From the NCBI GenBank assembly GCA_020184695.1, contig JAANOX010000205.1, forward strand, positions 682,001-746,000: a stretch of 64,000 bases of DNA, given 5' to 3'. Positions 54,570 through 64,000 of this stretch are shown here, piece after piece (position 1 is the stretch's first letter; each line of letters starts with the position of its first letter). A program made the position numbers and the translations under genes. This DNA comes from Histomonas meleagridis 2922-C6/04-290x. Its lineage: Eukaryota > Protista > Parabasalia. The notes under the pieces are model-generated. The model was not told the DNA's origin. It searched no databases and saw only the letters and a program-made list of their open reading frames with translations.

Positions 54570-55900
54570 ACATAAAATATAATAAATATATGGTTTTGGA
54601 ATTAATATAAATTCCTTTTTGTTTGAGAAGTAATTTAACAATTTTGATTTGACCATAATTAAATGCATTCACAAGAGTGGTATCAAATGAATGAAATAAT
54701 TTCCAAATATTATTTTGGAATATTAAATTATTAAAATTAGTTTTAAATGAAATAAATAAATAAATATCTTTAGTATTAATATTTATTCCTTCTTGTTTAA
54801 GAAACAATTTTACTATCTCTTTGTGATCTTAACGAGTTGCAATAATAAAAATGATGTTTGAAATGATTTAAATAATTTCCGAATAGTATTTTGGAATCTT
54901 AAATTTAGAAATTGAATTTTAATTAAGAAAAATAAATATTTTTAGCTTTAGTATCATTTCCTTTTTGCTCAAGAAGCAATTTAACAATTTCTGTGTGTCC
55001 ATGATAAGTTGATTTCATAAGTGCTGTATAACACAAATTATAAAATTTCCAAATATTATTTTGAAATAAAAAATTGTTAAGATATATATTGAATAATACA
55101 AATTATACTCTTTTGCGTTAACATCAATTCTTCTCTGTCAAAAAGTAACTTAACTCATTCTCTATTTGTTTTTTCAGATGCTAAAATAAGTGCTGTTCAA
55201 AATAATTTAAAGAATTTTCAAATGTTGTTTTGTGATATATTAATAAAATAAATACCATAAATTAAAAATCAAATCCAAATAAAACATACAAACATCGACA
55301 GCATTGAAATCGAATCCTTTTTGTTCTAGAACATATATTACAAGTTCAATATTCATTGAATTAGTAGCCAAAACTAAAATATCTTTAGGTATAGATAAAC
55401 ATAATTCATTCAGAAAATACTTTTCAAGAAACACATTTCCAATTATTACAGATTTTTTAATGATAGATTCATTAATTTTCAATCCATTATCCTGCAAAAA
55501 TAAAAATATTATGAATTTTTCATAATTATAATGTAAAAATTTTTCTAAACTATTAATTTTACTAATTTTATTTTCATAAAGGTATTTAAAGATATCATTT
55601 CGATGAAATTTAATTGCTACCTCATATGACCCACGAAATGACGAATGATTTTGTTCGCATAAATGAATGATTTCAAGATTTCCATATTTACCTGTATTCT
55701 GATTATAAGAATTATTGACGTTAGTGCATTTTTTAATGAAATGAATTTGTTTTTTATTAAATTATCAAGAAAATAATTGGATTCTTGAGTATATTTACTC
55801 AGAAGAAAACTTGTGAATACATATAAGATTTTTGACTTACTTTTGTTATTCTCTAATATTTCAATTTCTTTTATTAAATCTAAATTTGTTATATATAAAT
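54570..55900 (-). pseudogene. Decayed DUF3447-ankyrin locus F (leader remnant plus 4 cassettes)
   Basis: ORF 55240..55497 (…GFDFNAVDV), RNDIFKY and NLEIIHLCEQN remnants at 55560-55680, and cassettes at the ~170-nt period containing internal stops and frameshifts. Confidence 0.7.
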
Positions 55901-56387
55901 ATCATTCATCATTGAAATAGATAATCCGTATATCATCTGACTAATAATTAAATTAAATGTAAAAGGGAATTTTTCATCAAATTTGTTTATTATTAAATTT
56001 GCTGTTTGCTTAATATTTTCTTAAAAAAACCAAAAATTATTTGTTCCAATGAAAGAAGTTTTTCTAATTCGTTTTGATTTTTCCCTTTTTGTTCCATATG
56101 ATGGAATTGTGATATGTATTTTGACTGGAAGTTATTAAATTTGAATTAGTACAAAAATTGATCTTAATTCTTATCATTTCGGAAAGGAAAAAAATTTATT
56201 TCTATTGAAATATATAAGTGTAACTTTGAAACAAATAAACAAATATAGTTTTAATCAAAATTGAATAAATGATTTGATTTCTTTAAGCTTAAAATATATG
56301 ATTATATAGATGGATATTCGAGAATCAATAATCATCATTTTTTTTAGGTATATTAATATATTTTATACAAAATTTTGTAAGCAGTTC

Positions 56388-56459
56388 TCTCCCGTAGTGT
56401 AATGGTTAGCACATGGGACTTTGAATCCCGGGACGGAGGTTCGATTCCTCCCGGGAGAA
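56388..56459 (+). tRNA. tRNA-Gln (anticodon TTG)
   Basis: Acceptor TCTCCCG/CGGGAGA, D arm GTGTAATGGTTAGCAC, anticodon arm TGGGA-CTTTGAA-TCCCG, T arm GGAGG-TTCGATT-CCTCC; oligo-T terminator just downstream. Confidence 0.96.
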
Positions 56460-56694
56460 CTAATTTTTTCGTTTTTATTCATGTTTTGTTTTTAGTTCAT
56501 GTACTTACTCTTATTTCTTATACCATTAAACCTCCAAAAATATTTCCATTAAAATTTTCATCTTGAATATTCATCCTAATTCTAACTCTTATAAAACATT
56601 TGTATAATTAAAGAAATACAAATTTGAATTGTTAAAATTTAAGTTTTAGATCCAAAAAATATTTTTTACACCAAAAATAGAAATAAGATATTAT

Positions 56695-57621
56695 TTAATG
56701 ATGATGATGTCCACCTGTTTCAGCTTCAATAATTGCAATCAAAAGCATCCACAAAACGCCAAATGTAAACATTCCGAGGTGCCAAAGCTTCTCAGAAGTC
56801 TTCCATTCGTGTTTATGATGGAACATTTCGGACCATTCATGAGAACCGACGAACAAAAATGTTCCTGCAGAAAGTGATTCAATTATTCCGAGAGCCAATG
56901 AATTACTTTTAGATCCGATATACATTGCTACAATGATAGCAGCAGGTGAAAGAACCGCATAAATGATAACCATAATCCAGAACACAATTTTTGTTGGTCT
57001 GCATTTGATGATAATAAGTGAAAGTGCAAAGGCTTCGACTGGTTTATGGCCTATAATGGCACAGAAAATGGCAATGGCATTGGACAATTTGGGCAAAATA
57101 CCAAGAGCAATGCCTTCAATGGCTGAATGGATATCCATGATAATATAAAGTGATATGGTGGCTGCGGTGAGGAATTTATTGGTATTACCAAATTCAACCA
57201 TTTTGGAACTTTGTTTGTTATCCTGTTTTGCGATATCATTATCATTATCAGATGTCATAAGTGAGGCATTGCCAATTGGATTATAATGGTCGTGCCCTCC
57301 TCCATGATCATGACCATGATCACCAAAAGCATCTGCATCATGTTCAGAATACGTGAATAATTCAACAACAGATAGAAGTACAAGAAAAGCTAATGCAAGC
57401 GCAGGAGCGAGCGGATACGCAAGACCATCTACTTCTTCAAACTCTTCATTTGCCTCTGCAAGAAGATGAGCTAAACCTGCACCAAGAAATACACCTCCAG
57501 CTAAAGATTCCAAACGAGAAGTCCATCTAATTGTGGTAATAAACAAAGGGAGGATATTTCCGACCAGTGTTAAAATAAAAATAATAACTGCGAAAATGAT
57601 TTTGAGATGATCGAGTTGCAT
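56695..57621 (-). CDS. ZIP-family zinc/metal transporter
   Basis: LAGGVFLGAGLAHLL, His-rich loop, DIHSAIEGIALG, IIGHKPVEAFAL, SAGTFLFVG. Confidence 0.93.
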   Translation of the reverse strand: MQLDHLKIIFAVIIFILTLVGNILPLFITTIRWTSRLESLAGGVFLGAGLAHLLAEANEEFEEVDGLAYPLAPALALAFLVLLSVVELFTYSEHDADAFGDHGHDHGGGHDHYNPIGNASLMTSDNDNDIAKQDNKQSSKMVEFGNTNKFLTAATISLYIIMDIHSAIEGIALGILPKLSNAIAIFCAIIGHKPVEAFALSLIIIKCRPTKIVFWIMVIIYAVLSPAAIIVAMYIGSKSNSLALGIIESLSAGTFLFVGSHEWSEMFHHKHEWKTSEKLWHLGMFTFGVLWMLLIAIIEAETGGHHHH

Positions 57622-58077
57622 TTTAATGTGAACTGTTAACGGGGTTAGGTGCAACCGCGAAATTCAATTCATTTTTTGCGGTTAAAGTGTCGTTTCAGAA
57701 AGTTCTTTGTTTCAGTTCGAAATTCTGATGTCATTTACACAACCCGATTCAAATGGCTTGTGCCCCTGTGAAAATATAAAACGTTGCCGTTCTTTCTGTA
57801 GAAGAATTCATTTTTTATTCATTTCTTGCATGTATCTTATGTTTAAGTCATCATAAAAAATGTGTAAATATTATGATCATCATTATTTTGTTTATGATTA
57901 TTTTTTGAAGCTTCAAATCAATTATTCAAATTTGAAAAGATTTTTGATAAACTTCTTTAAGACCATACCAAAGTCCAATATTATGGATATTTTTTTGGTT
58001 AAATTTGTTATATACTTTGCTATTATTCTTATCGATGAGAAACAAATTTCTCACTGTGTTGGAGCACCCCAATGTAA

Positions 58078-60675
58078 ATGGAGAGATGCTTTTACTTCAT
58101 CAATCCAAACGAAGATCAGCACGAAGTTATAAATGATTTACTAAATTTTTTAGATGGAAGTGAATGGAAAACTTTTGTTTCTTCTTTATCTTCAACAGAT
58201 TGTAATTCGAAAATACAAATATCTTCAATAATGCAAAAAATTTTATCTGGTACATATTCACCTGAAAGAATTTTTACTTCTTATGATCATGTTGCCTTAG
58301 TTAATTCATTTATTGTAGATACAAATCCTGATTTTTTTAAAATAGCAATAACATTATATTCTCAAAAAAAGACATGTGTTGTTCCATTTCTTGATACTCT
58401 TTTATATGAACATCCATTAATTGTTTCAAAAGTTTTACCCATTTTTACAAACACAAAATTGTACGATACTTTTGCAAATTTGGTCATTTTAACATACCAC
58501 AGAAGTAAGACCCCACAGCTTTACAACCTTGTTACCCAAATTCCAATTCCTGTACTAATTCCACAAATGTATAATATTGTCAATACAATTCAATCTCCAG
58601 ATAGCGATGTTTTTGTATCCATTCTTTTAGATTTACCCAAGACCAATCAACTTATTCATCAAATTCATGTTCAAATAAAATTTTCTATTGAATTTCATGA
58701 ACCAAATTTCATTAACGTTATTCTTGATTATCTTCAAAAAGGCTCCACCCAAAACCAATTTTCATATTCCAATGTCTTTAACAGCATATTTGGGAATTCA
58801 ACATCAAATTTTCTTGCTTCCATATTGTTGAGCAGGGCACCCCGAACCCCCAAAACCGTCGTTCAAGTTCAAGCAGAACTTATTGATAAGAGCGTATCGT
58901 TGCCGCTCAAAAAGTTCTTACAAAAGGAAAACAGCAGCGGCGGTTTGATGACTGAAGAAGAAATATTATCTTTAGCTAATGAGTTTGTTCAAAAGAAAGC
59001 CATTCCTACATCAATTACAACATTGAATTTATTTAATCAAAAATTTCTTACAACAACTTTTGCAAATATGTTACGAAATCTAGCATTATCAAACTATAAT
59101 GCGAATTTACTTCTCGAAGAACTTGAAAAAAAGAAAATATTACATCGAAATATTAGAGAACAAATACCAAATAAAACAAATTTAAGTCATTTGGAACAAA
59201 TCGTTGATTTAATAAATGATAATAATGTTGATCAAATGGCACCACAACTCTTTAATCAATTTCATATTTCATTATATCGAGAACATACGGATAATATTCC
59301 TGAATACATGTCTTATATTCAAAACAAAATTATTTCAAAAATTTCCTTTTCGACAATTGACAAACTTTCTCAAATTATCATCAACTTTTTGTGTAGTAAT
59401 TTATCGGAACAGCATAGAAAATCACTATCGATCTTAGCTTTGAGGTGCCCCATTTCACGATACGTTCAAAGAATATTTGAATGCGATTTAAAAAGAGAAA
59501 TCGACATTTTGATAGGTTTACACGAAGCTGCTTTACAAAGTTCAAATTATTTACAGATCAATCAAACTTTAAAAAAACAAAATTCATTAACAACCGTCAA
59601 AAGTTCACAAGAAATCTCGTCCGAAATTATAACTTTTGATCGAAAAATTTTACTACGATTTCGATGGAGGACATTAAGAGGTGATACAAATTCGGAAATT
59701 TCATTTTTTCCAGAATTTATACAACTATCGGAATCAGATCCTGTGCTATTTTTAAATTGGGAAACAAAAGTTGATGAGCCAACTGGGCAACAAAGAATAA
59801 CTATTTTATCAAAACTTGGAATAGTTACAAATTTTGAACTTTTCCCAAAACTTATATTTGAATTAATATCACAAGAATACGTTTCGCCATCAATTACAGA
59901 GATATTAATACCTTTATTTTCAAACGTTGATCAGAAAAAAATAATTATTCCTGAAAAATCAAACTTTGAAATTTTGTTTAATTTTTCGTTTATCTGGTGT
60001 GGAGCTGTTCTTAATAATCCAAGAGTCGTACAAATATTGCGTGATCCTCCTCTATTTGTGTCTCAATCATTATTAAATCATTTGCCTCAATCGGAAACCG
60101 ATTGCAATCAACTTTTTGAACTGTTCCCGCACGGCTTTATGTCAATTCTATACAATTTCGATGAATTGTCAGGTGAAATACCCTCAATTTTCCACGTCTC
60201 AAATTCTATCGTCAACGAAAATTTTGACAACGTTACATTTAACGATACGCCAAGGTTTGCCATCATATCAATTGTTTATGTCATGATAAAACGTGGTAAA
60301 AACATAATTTTGATACCAAATGTTACAGATTCAAAAGAATGGATAACGTTTTGTTTCTTTTTTTCGATTTGTTTTCATCATTTTGAAGAATCGACAACGT
60401 TATTACGAAATTTTCCATTTTTGTTTCCTTTTTTATGCCAGAATGTGAAAGAAGAAATTTTCTTTGTAGGTGCTCGTAAATGGGCGGACTCATTAATCGA
60501 GTATGCTATCTATTGTGCGCGAAGTGAAATCTTCTTCGAACAGTCAGAAAGCTGGAAACGGTTTCTGGCGTCCGTTAAAATTGCGGAGTGGCCCGGCGAG
60601 CTATCGTTCAACCAACAGAATTTGTGTTGCTTTCAAAATTATGAGAGACGATGCTTCAATGAAATTTATATGTAA
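58078..60675 (+). CDS. Hypothetical 865-aa protein, probably alpha-helical
   Basis: Long uninterrupted ORF with ATG start; no motif recognised. Confidence 0.8.
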   Translation: MERCFYFINPNEDQHEVINDLLNFLDGSEWKTFVSSLSSTDCNSKIQISSIMQKILSGTYSPERIFTSYDHVALVNSFIVDTNPDFFKIAITLYSQKKTCVVPFLDTLLYEHPLIVSKVLPIFTNTKLYDTFANLVILTYHRSKTPQLYNLVTQIPIPVLIPQMYNIVNTIQSPDSDVFVSILLDLPKTNQLIHQIHVQIKFSIEFHEPNFINVILDYLQKGSTQNQFSYSNVFNSIFGNSTSNFLASILLSRAPRTPKTVVQVQAELIDKSVSLPLKKFLQKENSSGGLMTEEEILSLANEFVQKKAIPTSITTLNLFNQKFLTTTFANMLRNLALSNYNANLLLEELEKKKILHRNIREQIPNKTNLSHLEQIVDLINDNNVDQMAPQLFNQFHISLYREHTDNIPEYMSYIQNKIISKISFSTIDKLSQIIINFLCSNLSEQHRKSLSILALRCPISRYVQRIFECDLKREIDILIGLHEAALQSSNYLQINQTLKKQNSLTTVKSSQEISSEIITFDRKILLRFRWRTLRGDTNSEISFFPEFIQLSESDPVLFLNWETKVDEPTGQQRITILSKLGIVTNFELFPKLIFELISQEYVSPSITEILIPLFSNVDQKKIIIPEKSNFEILFNFSFIWCGAVLNNPRVVQILRDPPLFVSQSLLNHLPQSETDCNQLFELFPHGFMSILYNFDELSGEIPSIFHVSNSIVNENFDNVTFNDTPRFAIISIVYVMIKRGKNIILIPNVTDSKEWITFCFFFSICFHHFEESTTLLRNFPFLFPFLCQNVKEEIFFVGARKWADSLIEYAIYCARSEIFFEQSESWKRFLASVKIAEWPGELSFNQQNLCCFQNYERRCFNEIYM

Positions 60676-60698
60676 ATATATTTTATTTATTATTTTTC

Positions 60699-63600
60699 CT
60701 AATCAAACCATGAAGGAACATATTCCCCGTTACTATATGATGTGATGTAATGATACCAATTAAATGAATCATCAATTGTTGCACCATCTGATTGTGGCGG
60801 ACAAAAACTGAGTATACGATTCTCATATTCTGATGACTTACGTGAGATTGTTTCAAGATTTAAGTCATCTTTGTTCTCCTCAGCAATAAGAATTTCAAGA
60901 CATGATTCAACAGATTCAATGTTTTGAAGAAATGATTGTGCAATCGCACACATCTTAATGGTGATCTCTGCTTGATGATTTGGACCAAATAATATTCCAA
61001 CACTTGGTGGAATAGTTAACGGTTGATTTCGACAAACTTCATTTGTGAGCTCACCGATAGAAACAGGGAAAAGCGGTTTCTCTGAATCCGGTGACGATAG
61101 GACAACGTCTTCATCGGCCGGATCGGGAACGTTAAACAAAAACCGTAAAAAACTGTTAACCGCAAATGTAGAAACAAGAGATTTTCGAGCAAAGAAAAAT
61201 TGTTTTCGTGTTCTATTTCTTGTATATAAGTGAAGTAAAGCATCTTCAGCTCCTTCGGTTTTACTATAAAGTTCTCCAATTGTTGATATTTTTGATCCTG
61301 CATTATATATAATATATTTATTACCAATTTCATCAGAAATTGAACTTGGCATTTTTATGTCTCTTATTATTGTTGGATTGCTATCAAGAAGAACTTGGTT
61401 AAACAAATAGAGAGCAGCTGATAAATTTGATGCTTTGATTGAAGATTCAACTCTTTCAACAATAAATGAAGCATTGTGGATTTTATTTGTCATTGCTTCA
61501 AGCACAAAAGCGTTTTGAGACAATTTCTTTACATTACATGGATTAATAAAGTTCAATATTAAACCAGTTGGTGATCTTAATTGCATACATATTGGAAGTG
61601 CAGCATTAACCTCATTAATTTTTTGATTGTATTCATTTAACATTATATTGAAAGGAACATCAGAAGGAATAATTGAATCAATAAAAGCATCAATTTCAAC
61701 ATCTGGTACTTGCATAATTTTAGCATATACCTCTTCTATGTTTGTTTCTGCTTTCAAATGATTTGGTAATTCTTCGAAACTCTGTATAATTTGTGGTGTG
61801 ATGCATTTTGATTCTTTACAAAGGTGAATAAACCTTTGAAATTGTAATTGAAATTGGAACGATAGGAAATCAATTTCGAAAATGAAGTCGAAAAACTTTT
61901 CCAAATGTTGGATTGCATTAAGATGCAAAATAACATCAGGGACACCAATTCTATACAGATTTACGTTTCTTAACATATTTTTCAGTGTGTAATAATATGG
62001 CTCATTTCCAAGATTATCAGGTAACTCTAACCAATTCTCATCAAGGATACCAAAAGCATTACTCAGCCAAAACTTAAGCATTTTCATTATACACTTAGTT
62101 ACTCTTTGATTAAATTTTTGAACAATTACTCTGACCTCATCACTTTGACTTTTGCTTGCAAGTATTAATGTTGTTAATAATCTTGCTGCAGAGAAGAATC
62201 CTTGTGTATTATTAATATATTGATTCTCAAGTAACTTAATATGCTGGCTAACGGTCCCCCAAACCATCTGCGGTGTCAAAACCTTTGAATTCTTCAGAAT
62301 TGTGAAGGAGAAATTGGCAAATTTAATTAGAGCATCGATTTTGGCATCATGCTGCTGATTGCTTATGATGGAAACGACTTGTTGAATCGTTTGGAAGGAG
62401 GCAGCGACGTAGCCATGTGGTGAATAGCCTAATACTGTTCTAAATAATGAACTTAATGAAGGAGAAAAGAAAACAAGTTGTTGTGATTCATTTGGTAAAG
62501 CAAAGTCAAATTTCCTTGTGTTCCCTGAGAGAATTCCTTTTAATAAATCGAGTGTATGGACAAAAACAGGATTTAGAACATGATATTTAAAATTACTTAA
62601 ATTAATTTCTTTATGTGATTTTGTTCTTTCAGAATTACATCGTTCATTAATTAATAAAATGGCTGTTTGAGCCGCCGCAAATTTTTCTTTTTGGAATATT
62701 GATAATGTATCTTTGGTACGATGTAACATTGCATTTGCAAGTTCTGCATTTCGAATTTCATTTTTGATTAAATCTGGACTACCTTTCTTTAATAAAAGTT
62801 CTAAACCACGTTGGATATAAGGAATAAAATACATATCTGGTTTCTCACTTGAATTAAAAGCTTGTAAAAATTCGTCATTTTGTGTGTAAACCATTGAATT
62901 TGCAAGATAATTCAAAATTCTATTCAATCTTGAAATAACCGGTGATTCAATATCACTATCGTCGAATCCAATTCCAATGGCCTCTTTGTAATTTGATAGG
63001 GCATATTGAAAAATTGAAATGGCGGTTTTTTCTTTAACGTCTGGTAATAAACTCGAAAATATTTGATCATTTAATTCGTTTGGTAATAAATACCAATCTT
63101 TTAATTCATTAATTTCACTATTTTTATAAAACGACAAATTATTTGCACCCTTAATAATTTTTGATCTAAAAGTAAATGGAATTTTTATATCAAATTTATC
63201 TAATGCACTTAACATTCCTGAAAGTAAATTCTTATTTTTACCATTAATATTATTAACTAAAAACTGAAATATAATTTGTAAGTTATCATTATTAATAATT
63301 CTTGAGAAGAAATTTTCTGTAATAATTGAACCGTTTTTAATCAAAAAGTTTGACAACGGAATTAACGGTTCCCAATTTTCAATTGAATCCGTTAAAATCA
63401 AAATGATTAATGGCAACAATTCATCATTCCACATTTCGATTGGTATGCAATTAATTAACAAAACGAATCTATCGAATTCATTTGGCGCGTTTAATTCTTT
63501 CCGTATTAGATGAATTATATTAATTTTTTCTTTATATTCATATAAAATATTTGCATATTGTATTAAGGATTGTATTAAAAATTCTTTTTTATTTGGAATA

Positions 63601-63926
63601 TCTAATTTATTTAATTCCAAAATGAATTTATGAACTAGTTTTGAATTTGCCATTGACAGTTTTGGTATTAAGTATTGAATTAAATTGACTTTAACCGAAA
63701 TCTGAACTTTATTTGAACCAATTATTTGAATTGAGCCGATCAATAATTGAGGGAACACGTGTTGAATTTTTTCAATGACGTATTGAATGTATTCCATTTG
63801 TTGTTCGAATTTTATGTATTTAATTGATGATATTAAATAAGTAATTAATGGATATGAATTATCATTAATACTAACTTTTTCCCAAATGTTAATTAAGAAT
63901 TGTTTTTTCGATAATTTACATTTCAT
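60699..63926 (-). CDS. 1075-aa helical protein with a putative Tra1/TRRAP-like PIKK pseudokinase C-terminus
   Basis: The C-terminal blocks FFFARKSLVSTFAVNSFLRFLF, NQPLTIPPSVGILFG, MCAIAQSFLQ, VESCLEILIAEE and the terminal YVPSWFD parallel recalled TRRAP blocks. The ORF itself is secure; the family call is by eye. Confidence 0.55.
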   Translation of the reverse strand: MKCKLSKKQFLINIWEKVSINDNSYPLITYLISSIKYIKFEQQMEYIQYVIEKIQHVFPQLLIGSIQIIGSNKVQISVKVNLIQYLIPKLSMANSKLVHKFILELNKLDIPNKKEFLIQSLIQYANILYEYKEKINIIHLIRKELNAPNEFDRFVLLINCIPIEMWNDELLPLIILILTDSIENWEPLIPLSNFLIKNGSIITENFFSRIINNDNLQIIFQFLVNNINGKNKNLLSGMLSALDKFDIKIPFTFRSKIIKGANNLSFYKNSEINELKDWYLLPNELNDQIFSSLLPDVKEKTAISIFQYALSNYKEAIGIGFDDSDIESPVISRLNRILNYLANSMVYTQNDEFLQAFNSSEKPDMYFIPYIQRGLELLLKKGSPDLIKNEIRNAELANAMLHRTKDTLSIFQKEKFAAAQTAILLINERCNSERTKSHKEINLSNFKYHVLNPVFVHTLDLLKGILSGNTRKFDFALPNESQQLVFFSPSLSSLFRTVLGYSPHGYVAASFQTIQQVVSIISNQQHDAKIDALIKFANFSFTILKNSKVLTPQMVWGTVSQHIKLLENQYINNTQGFFSAARLLTTLILASKSQSDEVRVIVQKFNQRVTKCIMKMLKFWLSNAFGILDENWLELPDNLGNEPYYYTLKNMLRNVNLYRIGVPDVILHLNAIQHLEKFFDFIFEIDFLSFQFQLQFQRFIHLCKESKCITPQIIQSFEELPNHLKAETNIEEVYAKIMQVPDVEIDAFIDSIIPSDVPFNIMLNEYNQKINEVNAALPICMQLRSPTGLILNFINPCNVKKLSQNAFVLEAMTNKIHNASFIVERVESSIKASNLSAALYLFNQVLLDSNPTIIRDIKMPSSISDEIGNKYIIYNAGSKISTIGELYSKTEGAEDALLHLYTRNRTRKQFFFARKSLVSTFAVNSFLRFLFNVPDPADEDVVLSSPDSEKPLFPVSIGELTNEVCRNQPLTIPPSVGILFGPNHQAEITIKMCAIAQSFLQNIESVESCLEILIAEENKDDLNLETISRKSSEYENRILSFCPPQSDGATIDDSFNWYHYITSYSNGEYVPSWFD

Positions 63927-64000
63927 TATTGATTTAATTATATAAATTAATTTTATAATTTGATTATTTGAATTATTGGAATTATTCGAATTGTTTTTAT

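Overview
AT-rich eukaryotic genomic DNA, almost certainly from a parabasalid protist (Histomonas/Tritrichomonas/Trichomonas-like). The evidence is BspA LRR genes, DUF3447-type ankyrin genes, and CCTTT (M5), AAAGTGAC (M2) and TCA(C/T)T (Inr) core-promoter motifs; I saw no canonical GTATGT...ACTAACACACAG introns. Housekeeping genes include RPL32, RPS5, RPL27, Rpn8, TOR, Pumilio, centrin, a BAR protein, a TKL kinase, SFT2, a PABPN-like RRM protein, NTMT1, a chromodomain protein, a ZIP transporter, tRNA-Gln and a short Tra1/TRRAP-like pseudokinase. These are interleaved with accessory loci: three BspA loci, a decayed pogo-type transposon, a MITE and six DUF3447-ankyrin loci. The most striking feature is in those six loci. 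A leader ORF runs into an array of single ankyrin-repeat cassettes (about 55 in total, usually at a 170-nt period). Each cassette is preceded, at the same position of the repeat (after ...NAKD-I), by an AT-rich 60-100 nt spacer that breaks the frame, often contains stops and has no usable GT-AG ends. In the five non-decayed loci the cassettes I translated stay open and vary at ligand-contact positions, and four arrays end in a terminal cassette with a stop. This looks like a multi-exon gene family using an unrecognised excision/splicing mechanism, or a cassette library. The mechanism is inference and needs transcript data.
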